NCBI GenBank assembly: GCA_965235115.1
Contig: OZ249436.1
Span: forward strand, 14,076,001 to 14,140,000
Length of the DNA stretch: 64,000 bases
Direction: 5' to 3'
Source: Laetmonice hystrix
Taxonomy: Eukaryota
Shown: positions 37,801 through 48,900 of the stretch, piece by piece
How positions within the stretch are numbered: position 1 is the first letter of the stretch
How the letters are laid out: the number at the start of each line of letters is the position of its first letter
Made by a program: the position numbers and the translations under genes
Notes under the pieces: generated by a model
What the model saw: the letters and a program-made list of their open reading frames with translations, nothing else
Database searches by the model: none
What the model was told of the DNA's origin: nothing

Positions 37801-40800
37801 ACTCACGAACACTACAGTGCCAAGGTGAGCACCCTCTCTAGGCAACATATTTCTCCCAGTAAACTCACGAACACTACAGTGCCAAGGTGAGCACCCTCTC
37901 TAGGCAACATATTTCTCCCAGTAAACTCACGAACACTACAGTGCCAAGGTGAGCACCCTCTCTAGGCAACATATTTCTCCCAGTAAACTCACGAACACTA
38001 CAGTGCCAAGGTGAGCACCCTCTCTAGTTAACATATTTCTCCCAGTAAACTCATGAACACTACAGTGCCAAGGTGAGCACCCTCTCTAGGCAACATATTT
38101 CTCCCAGTAAACTCACGAACACTACAGTGCCAAGGTGAGCACCCTCTCTAGGCAACATATTTCTCCCAGTAAACTCACGAACACTACAGTGCCAAGGTGA
38201 GCACCCTCTCTAGTTAACATATTTCTCCCAGTAAACTCACGAACACTACAGTGCCAAGGTGAGCACCCTCTCTAGTTAACATATTTCTCCCAGTAAACTC
38301 ACGAACACTACAGTGCCAAGGTGAACACCCTCTCTAGTTAACATATTTCTCCCAGTAAACTCACGAACACTACAGTGCCAAGGTGAACACCCTCTCTAGT
38401 TAACATATTTCTCCCAGTAAACTCACGAACACTACAGTGCCAAGGTGAGCACCCTCTCTAGTTAACATATTTCTCCCAGTAAACTCACGAACACTACAGT
38501 GCCAAGGTGAGCACCCTCTCTAGTTAACATATTTCTCCCAGTAAACTCACGAACACTACAGTGCCAAGGTGAACACCCTCTCTAGTTAACATATTTCTCC
38601 CAGTAAACTCACGAACACTACAGTGCCAAGGTGAACACCCTCTCTAGGCAACATAGGCCTATTTCTCCCAGTAAACTCATAAGTACGTTAAGTTCCGTCG
38701 TGTCATAAAACTTTTTCGGTGCTTGTAGAGTAAAGTCTACTATGAAGGGAAGGGAATCAATTATTATGATCGGTTTTACACCAGGGTTAACTATATATTT
38801 GGACAGAGAGGGGAGGATATAGAGAGGGAGAGCTCTAGGTTCTTGACACTGATCCAGATGTTTCGTTTATGGCGAGAGGGTCCACCGATAGCAATCTTCT
38901 GCTAGCGAGTGGAAAACCCAGTGCTATTTCAAACAGGAAACGGTCCAATAGATATCGGCCCATCTGCCACATGAACCGCGCTCTATGCTACCGCTCCAAG
39001 TACAACATTTATTTGTATTAAATCCAGTCTTCATGCATTCCAACGGGGAGTGCCATGTATACCTTTTGGTTTTGTATGTGGTTGTAGATATAGCCTATCT
39101 GATTTCACTGCAATGGCACGCGTGGCCCTTTTAGCGGCCCAAGACATTTCAGATGGAACACATGGCAGTCTAAATGTGCAGGTCGACATGTATTGTTCCC
39201 TACTGTCGATTGACTGGTGTTCAGACGGAACTATTTCTATAAAATCTTATAGCAGGTCAGCAGGAGCAAAATGAAAGAAATGTTCCGGGCGGCCCTTACA
39301 TTTCTTAAGGAGGCACATGTGTTCACTTTTTACAGTCGGGGTCCTTCGTTTGAATTGCTCTGGGCTTGCTCGGCCTGACGATTTATCCAGTAAACAAACA
39401 TCTGATTCATGAGTTGAAATTGCAGGTCATTTAACACCTATACTGGATTCTTTTTCATGCAAAGCTATCTAGATTTTATATTTCAAAGGCTACCGCTTGT
39501 CCTTTGGCCCGTTGGTTACCCTGTTGATCGGGCTTCAGTACCTCCCGCCTTTTTTAGTGGATCATATCGCATTAAGTGAACTGTGCCGGTTTACGTCACT
39601 CGGTGAAGGGCGATCCCTCAGTAGAATCCGGTTACATGGACTCGCAGCCTTTTCGACCCCGGCACCTGGAGCGATCACCACCCCCGCTGTATTCGGTGGC
39701 CAGCTCAAGGAGAATGATTGTCGAGTCCACGAGTGGGCCAAGTGGTTGTCGTACGGAAATAGAGACAGAACCAATAAAACATGACGGGAATACGTCCCGG
39801 GACGGAGGGAGGCTAAGACCTGTAACGGCACCTTTCTATGAATGTCTTCATTGAAAATTCTCCAACATGTCCCTTTACATCTTATTCAGGCAGAACGTAT
39901 ATAGTCATCATAATTACGATCGTCACTTCATAATGGCAAAGAAAGTTCGGCACATCCATCAAGCACAAGTTTATGGAAATCTTCTTTTCTTTTTTATTTC
40001 TTTATAAAATACGTAATTAGAAGTGTGATGTCTTGCAAAGGATGTATGAGGCGTCATTTCCTGAAAATAGTGCTTTATTATGTCTACATTTAAACATGAC
40101 CACATGAGGCCACACTGACGGACCCAAAGGCGTTTTCACCACGACCGCTGACTACTAGATAACGCGCCTCTGCTCTGGTTGGGCTATTGTGTCATAATAT
40201 CAATTATTATAGACAGTCAGGTCTACATGTAAAACGAACTACAGTATTATCTAGATCCCAAACCACTTTTCGGCCTCTTATCAGACGCCAACACTTGCGT
40301 TAATGTGCCAACCGATTACCATGATTAGGAATCACATTAGTAAGACCTCCTGCAGGTCAGGCCTCAACATGGGATACAAATTATGTTGTATGAGTATACG
40401 GGCTAGGAATCACATTAGTAAGACCTCCTGCAGGTCTGCAGGGCCCGTTTCATAACTAAGTTTGTGCGCTCGCTAAGGTCTAAAACGCGTTAATCAACGA
40501 AAAACGCGTCAAACCGTTGCATAACTATTAAAGCGGGCGTTTACTTACGAAATTTTGCGTTATTTCCGCGTTAAATGGATTTTTTTAGCGCGGATAAAAA
40601 AGGTGCGGATTAAGTCTTCGCTAACTGATTTGTCGCTAATTAACGATATTATCGTTAATTAACACATTATTTACACTGAGCACATCAACAACAGAGGCGT
40701 ATAGGAAGCACTTTAAAAGTGGGGGGGGGGGCAACAGGGCCATGTGCAGGTTTTTTTCGAGGGGGATTACAGTTTGGCGGGGGGACTGAGCGAGCGCCGA

Positions 40801-42874
40801 CGGCGCAAAGCGCAGCTAGGGGGGTCCGGGGGCATGCTCCCTCGAAAAATTTTGAAATTTATAGTGTAATTTGGTGACATATGGTGCATCTTAGAGCACA
40901 AAATAAGGTCTGAAATGTGAGAAAATACCCTCCCCACTTAGACTTCCAATGACAAAAGTAAAGGGGAGGGGAAAAGTGGGGGGCCAAAAGATACTCTGGC
41001 CCCCCTTCATTTCAAAGTGGGGGGGGGGGGAATGCCCCCCTGCCCCCCTGTTCCTACGCCCCTGAACAAATATGGCGGCTAGGACAGTGCAATACCAACG
41101 TAATGCCATCCAAAATCCTGATATTGTGGATAATGAAGATTTTATGTCATATATTATATGACATGAAATATTTCTCATTATTCACAGATGTCTTGATGGC
41201 AGTGGGGGTACCATACAGAGTGACCCGGGGACATCTAGTATAGGATTGTATTGGCAATAACATGTCTTCACAATATTGCAATTAATCGCGGGATACCAAT
41301 AATTATACATGCCTCCTCCTCTCTATCTAGCCGTCATTTAGCAAAGGCTCAACAAGTAGACAGGGGGCAGACAATGAATCATCGCGGTTTTCATACCAGA
41401 GAACCTGTCATTCAAACATTTAGATAATATATTTTCTTGCAATGAACACACTACCTGTATACAGTTCGTGTCACCAACACGTGCACATATTGTATTTAAA
41501 TTTTAGCAACGCTTGGTTCGTTTCCTTTTAGGATAGGGACCATAGGCGTGGGAACCATATTTTCATTGGAGGGGGAGGGAGACTGGGGCATGGCCCGTCA
41601 AAGCGCCGGGGGGGGGGGGTCGGGGTTTCAAACCCCCCTTGACAACCAATGTCTCTTTTTCCCCGATAGAACATCTGAATTGACCGTGCTGACCCCTCCC
41701 CCTTAGCAAATTTTACTTCTGAACCCTCCGTTTAGGGTTACAAAATCCTGGACCCCCCCGGCATCACTGCAGTGCCTTTATCAAATATGCATCAACAAGT
41801 AAACTTTGTCTCCTTACTGCTGCCACTGAATAGGACATCATGGATAGTCACATTACGTCCGATCTGTCTATGTTTGCAGACGATACTGGTATGATAGCAC
41901 ATGGTGACAATTTGTCAGATGTTGCATCACAAATCAAAAATGATATTGGGAAGCTAATTGAATGGTTCAATGCTAATAAGCTTACGGTTAACCTAGAGAA
42001 AACAAAATGCATGTATTTCAGCAAGTTTATAAATGACCAGAGGGAATTACCTCAGATTACTGTTAATGATGTCCAATTAGATTTTGTAAGAAACTTTTCA
42101 TATCTTGGTATAATCTTAGATGATAAACTTCAATTCAATGATCACATCAAAAATAGTATAAAAAAAGCAGGACACAAAGGATATATGTTATCAAGAATTA
42201 GACAATATATTAATAATAACACAGCTCTAACTATTTTTAAATCGATGATCTTACCTTATATTGAATATGGTAATATTTTTAATGGCACATGTAATGAAAA
42301 TTATAAACATAAGTTACAGGTCATACAAAATAGTGGGCTCAAAATTGCACTCAAACGAAATATTTTATGGAACACAGTAGATCTACATATTGAAGCTAAG
42401 CTACTTCCTTGCAAATATCGAAGATTAATCATGTTACAGAAAACTACTTTTAACGAAATTATTGACAATACAGCATTAGTAGATCGAAGGGAAGTGGTAA
42501 CCAGAGCTCATGATGGCATACTACTCCAGGTGCCTAAACCTCATAGCGAACTCTTTAAAAAATCTAATTGTTACTATAAATCAATAATTTGGAATAATCT
42601 ACCTGTTTACATTAGACTTATCACAAACATTGATGAATTTAAATCAGAAATTAAGAAATATTATATCAGTATGTTCTTCATGGATAACAATCGGGATATC
42701 CATCATTGGTAATAAATTAAAAGCTGTATAATATGACAATGTATATAGAATACCTATACTGCTATGCTAAATGAATGAATCACGGGATCTATACGAATAC
42801 TGTAATATAAGGCAGGGGCCTGCATTTGTGACGGCATTTAGTCGAGCAGGACTCCCTGGGTAAAGATGATCAAT

Positions 42875-42905
<31 letters not shown>

Positions 42906-45900
42906 TGTGATGCTTGGAATCCATTTTTGGTCTCCTGGCAGTGGCATATCTCTGTTATTAAAATATAACTGGCAAATAATAGGGAGGGGGCGAAACTCAA
43001 TCTAATTAAAATTAGGTCTTAGTTATATCGCATGTGTTCCATACTATATAGGTATGGAGCGGAGACAGCACTGGCACAACCGATATAGACGCGGAATACC
43101 AATAACTAATTTTAATTAGATTGGGGCGAAACAATATTATTCCCGCCAATACAAAGTTGGGGAATCGCCACCTTGCCCCTACCCCTCGGTTCCCACACCT
43201 GGCACAACGGAGGTGAGCCCCTGTGTTTGTGAATCCTCTTCCACCAAAACTTGGCCCGTAAGCGTTGCCGCTACAAAATAACAGTAATCAAAATATTATG
43301 ATAACACAGATTCAGAGATGACTATTGGGGGCGCATGACTAAAACCTGATGACAATATATTATTCTGGAAAGAACGCTCCTCTCCTTTCACATCCGCGTC
43401 CTCTGACGAAATGTACGAGATTGCACTACTAAGCATTATACTCACCTCTTCACACTAGAACATTTTGGGGATGATTGTGGCCTACTTAAGCTGATAATCT
43501 TCTAATAAATCTTGTAGTACGCAATCGAACCGCAAGGTGGTGATTGGTGGCGCAGCCCTGGTATGATCTCTTAATTTAATATTTTTCGCAAGCACAAGCG
43601 GCCTTTTCAGCGTTAAATCACGAATGCGTATATTAACGAACCCAACGTACATCTTTTTACGCGCGATCATTTTACGAGTTATGAAACGGCGTTACGCAAA
43701 ATGCGTTAAACTTCGCGCTAGTATATAAACGAGCGCGTACTAATTAACGCATTTTCTTAACGAGTTATGAAACGGGCCCTGGCCTCAACATGGGATACAA
43801 ATTATGTTGTATGAGTATACGGGCTAGGAATCACATTAGTAAGACCTCCTGCAGGTCAGGCCTCAACATGGGATACAAATTATGTTGTATGGGTATACGG
43901 GCTAGGAATCACATTAGTAAGACCTCCTTCAGGTCAGGCCTCAACATGGGATACAAATTATGTTGTATGAGTATACGGGCATACATCTGCCTTCCAAGCT
44001 ATACATCATTACAATGAGGAGCAACTACTAGATGCCTTCAACGGGGGAAACTGCCGCTGTATACGTGACCAGTGCCGCGAAGTTATACAGGGTTATGTAT
44101 TATGTCATTTCGAATAAATATATGGGCTTTTACAACGGGTATGTTCTTTCTGAACATGTTTAACCTGTATTTTTAATTAACTCTTTCATGCGTCCTGATC
44201 ACGTTTCGTGGACATCGTCATGGAGTTGTTCTACTTCCTCATGGAAAGTTGTTACGCATGGACGGGTTAATGCCTCATGCCTGTTTAGTGTTATAATGTT
44301 CAAATACTTGAGGTTCGCCTCAATGTCTGGTTGGTCTATTGCATTCATTTGGGTTCTTTGCACTTATCAATTATAAACAACAGCAAACGTCGCCCTTCTA
44401 TAAACCATATAGGCTTGAGCAGTGTATGACAAAAGTATCTTTTTGTCTACTTACCTTCTTGTGAAATGAACATCTAAATACTCTGACAACATCCAGCGTG
44501 GTAGTCGTAATTTCCTTAAACATAGCCCCTAGTAGTTTATATACTAAGCGTACAACCCAACGGACAGAATTACGGAGAATACCGACTGGCTTGGCTCGAA
44601 CATTGATAATTTTTTACGCTTACGATGGAGATCAGAGTGACCATTCCAATCCAACACCAACATTCTACATTCCGAGGTTGTGTAGAAACCCTATCCGTAC
44701 AGGCACCCTCACTTGATTTCTAATTTGAACAACTGTGTTTCTATAGTACTGTCGGGACCGATCTATCATTAACAGCCGTGATGGCCTTTCTGTAATTTAA
44801 TCCTGACCCTTGGACTCCAACTGTCACCCGTTTGCGTTTTAGCCCGTGTTATTTTCACCCTTTATGCATCGGTAGGCCCCAGCATAATTGCGTAAACAGT
44901 AGGGCCTACAAAGGAGCTACGAACGACAGCAACTGCATCTTCAGCAATATTGTCGCTATTGTAGGAAATGCATGGTGCTCTCGAAGCAAACATTGCTGTG
45001 CAGGGTTTACATGGCGACATGCCTACGTTATGGTGGGCAGTGAGTCTGGAGTCGTCTGTTCTACTTCCGCCCCCTAGGATAGGTCAGAATGGGTGAGGTC
45101 TCTGACTGGCCCCTCCCTTTCACCCAAACCTTCACCCGCCACAGTTGTCACAATCTATATGAGATCCAGTTGCAAAGCGAGCGAGTATTTTGTGGGATAT
45201 CCAGAAAATGGATTGCAGTGATATTTTACGCGAATCATTAGAGAGAACAGCTGCAGAACGTCGCCTCCCAGTCTGGCATGACCTGATGCATGCTGTCCTG
45301 TCCCAGTACCGACGGTTCTGGTCGGAGGCACGTGACACAGAACTTCACATGAGATACGTCACGCAACAGGCCGTGACGTCGTAACATGACAGGTGGCAGT
45401 GAAGAATGACGCGCCTTGCTTTCTGTCACACGTGGTAGTGATCTGACGCGCCTTTTAGACAGTATAGGGAACTTTAAGAAATAACTTCAGATACTAAAGG
45501 ATTACCATAAGTAGAAATGTTCCTTACTTCTTTCAACGTCACCCAATAACCACATGGCAGCTATGCTCAAACCGAATTTAGCCTCGAATATAGACAGGTC
45601 GTTCTTGAAAATGGTTCTCAACGCATCTGCAATTTAGCACTAATAAGCTTATACTGTAAGGTACATAGATAGACTTATTGTAGATACCCAAGAAAATTCT
45701 TCCTTGTCATTCATGTTATAAATTTTGTGATCAAAAAAGTATAAAGTGCAACCCACGTAGGCCTACTAATAATGTTCAATATGATTATTCTATTGCAGAC
45801 GACTGATAATAAAGTGTCAAAAGAAGCGGAATGGGGTCGATGGCGAGCATGGTCACCTTGTACCCGTACATGTGGAACGGGCATTAGCCATCGTACACGG

Positions 45901-48900
45901 CAGTGTAACATATCGCCTAGGTAAATCTAATATTGTTTGTGCATGAACCAATACCGCTATACGCTACATTGTATAAACCGGTATGTCGGAACGGTTTTAC
46001 GACTATGAAAACAGGGTGCCTCTGAAAATCTAACGTTGGCAGGTAAGGCAGGTCTGACACCAAAGTACTCGCCTATTCACTGTTTACGCCTGAATATGTT
46101 TTCTCTCGTCATCTAGAGGTATTTTTTTTATCTTTTACATTTTCTTATAATATTTGCTTTGATGCCTATGTGTATTTTGTCTTAGGAATGAAACCTCTTT
46201 ACCGACAAGAACGATATCTTAAGTTGCATCAAGCAAAAATGTGTATATGCAAGTAGGTATGTACGAATATCTTTGATGTCGGAAGGCTATTCTCTATTTG
46301 TTATATGATTATGTGCGAGTGTTTAGGGTCTAACTTTTTTCTTCCTTCCATAATAAAATTCCTCATTGTTGAAAAGAAAAGGAACATCAGATTCTACAAA
46401 GTTAGTAGGCAGGAAGAAGTCGCTAGGTGGCGCTGACTTCCTTATATTTGTTCCACCAGGTGGCGGGTTGAGCAGTCCACTTATTAGATATTCAAATAAT
46501 CGAACACCTCCAAAATTCAACAAATCGCACTGTAATGAGGATTAACGTATGGCATTTTTTACTTTCGTGCTTAAAACATAAAAGCTTTAATTTTACCCAT
46601 TTTTGGTATATCTCAATCACAATACCCATGTTCCTACGATCATGTTTGCTGGTCTGTGTAATGATTACAAATAAATTCTTGCATGAAAACAGCATTTCCA
46701 AATGTTGATTGAAAGAAAAAGCTCAGCACGTGTCTGTGTAGCCCTCGCCCTCCCCCAACATTCCTGATGCTGTACGACCCGGCCCGCAGACCCTGTATGT
46801 GGCTGGCGGGTTGTCGATACCAGACGTGGTTCCGTTGTTTGTTCCCGGCCCCAAGATACCACAGCCCCCTGGGATGACTGGGCCGTTGCGGCTATGGTCG
46901 CCCTCTCCCCTCCTGGTCCCTAGCACCCGAGATGTAGTCTGAATTTATCATTCATGCTGGGACAGTGGCAAGGCTTTTTTTTTGTAAAGCGCACAGGACC
47001 CTTGAACCACGGGTTATTAGCAACCAGGCCCCAATATAAAGTTGATTGTTCGGGGAAAATCCTCTCTTTTTTTTATAGATGCGGTGGAATTCTAAAGCTG
47101 CTCAATTATTGATGAGCATATTCCTCTTTCGCTTTAAGTAGGATGCAGGGGTATCGGAAGCTCTTGCGACACCCATATGTAAGGCACTCAAGAAAAGAAT
47201 CTTTTCGGACTAATTTGACAGTAAAACCCTTCTATTCCCTCACTTGTTCTGATTTGGCAATGCCAGGCATGTGTACAAAACATTTTATACACCTTGAATC
47301 CGTCATTGGAACTGTTTATTAATCATGAAAAAAAGGATAATGATTTACCATTTTGACTGATTAAATTGCTTTCACTTTCAGTCATAAAAAGAAGGTGCGA
47401 GCGCAACTTCCTGGGCAACGGCGACGCTACAGACGCCTTATGCGATCCAATTGTCTTGGCGTATATAAACAATTTAGGATCTGTAACATACAGGTAAAGT
47501 ACAGAATTTTAAGTAGTTCTTTCAACCCTTGAGATAAACATATATTATAGCTACTTATTCGGAGCAACTTAGATCGAGCCTTCACCTTAGGTTTAGTCTG
47601 CAGGACTAGAGAGCACAAACATACGCATGTACCAATATTTAAAGGTGGCCTTTCAACCAGAAAGGTCGACTTCAGATCTAAACGTATGAATTCATTTAGA
47701 ACCATCAGTAAGAGGATAAAGACAGGATGGCAAAAGGAGAAGTCCTGAACCAAGGCGGATGTAGTTTGCCTGCATGGATGATCGATAATGTAGCCGTACG
47801 GTTAGTTATTGTTATGAGGTCGCATTAAATAAATATATAACCGACCACGAATCCGATCCCCGGGTTTTATGTACCAGATATTGACGCCAGAGTAAGGGGG
47901 TTTTGTCATGTCATTTAGCAAGCAAAGGATTTCTCCATACACAGCAATTTCCTTCCAGTGTACCAGAGCCTTTATCGGGTTGAAAGAGCTTCTGGAGAAA
48001 ATTTTCCCCATTGTTGAAAAACATGATAAATCATGACAATCATAGTAATTTTCCTTTGAACACGGTAGAACTTGAAAGACGAAGCTATAGAAACAAATAT
48101 TTATCTTTATTACAAAGGCTCATACTGGTTGTTTGCTTGAAATACGAAGGACCAAAAGAATTTTAAGGTGGTCAGTGAATATGCCGCGAGCCATTATGAG
48201 TCATAGGCTTCAGGGAGGACATCTATTGAGAGGCTAAATGCGGGCAACCAATGAGGTCAACCCAAACACACAAGTCTTTGATGAAACACGCCACCTGCAT
48301 TGTTTGTAGGTGGTCCAAATAATGATGCTCACACAACCGTAAATTATCAAAACTCTTTGGAGTCGGTCAGATGAGAAATCTAAGCATAGATAGATTTGCC
48401 ATTAACAGGAAGCCATGTAATTAGGGCGGTTTGACTTTTATATCTTCCAGAGTCTAACTAGGGAAGTTAGTTTTACCATTTTCCTTTAACTTTAATACTG
48501 GTAAACATTATAGACAAGAAAATTTTAACAGTAAAGTGTTGTGAGGGTTTTCACCCAAGGAGCCATTTAGCCACGCCATACCTCAATTGCTAAATCTTGT
48601 CCATTAAATTTGCTCCCTTTGTCGAAATTGTCGCTGCATTGTAGAAAACTCCTCGGCATGAAAGATAATGTTTCTGATAAAACAGTTCCATTAAGTTGGC
48701 CCTAAGATAAGAAAACGTGTAGGCCATTATGGAGGTCGCTACTGGTACACTAATTTCATTCTTCTTCTGAGTTTCAATGTCCCGTTTATCTTTAAGTACC
48801 AGCCTTTCAAATTAACTGTCTGTATCACTATTCGTGGTAGTGACAAACGCGGTAAATAAGATAGATCGATGATTACATTGAGAGCGGGTACTTTTATAGA

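Larger units (their letters stand above)
41541..43201. mobile_element. MITE interrupted by a LINE and a small TIR element
   Basis: CATAGGCGTGGGAACC / GGTTCCCACACCT; flanks GGGAC and GGCAC (imperfect). Confidence 0.6.
40439..43781. mobile_element. PIF/Harbinger transposon, internally deleted
   Basis: TIR GGCCCGTTTCATAACT / AGTTATGAAACGGGCC with CWG flanks (CAG, CTG); transposase relic inside. Confidence 0.85.
40326..43980. repeat. 78-bp tandem repeat (~4 copies) split by a transposon
   Basis: taggaatcacattagtaagacctcctgcaggtcaggcctcaacatggg... at 40326-40438, resuming in register at 43782-43980. Confidence 0.9.

Noticed and set aside
36501..38680. CRISPR array or coding repeat
   Set aside because: No spacers; the 62-bp period is not a multiple of 3 and no long ORF exists.
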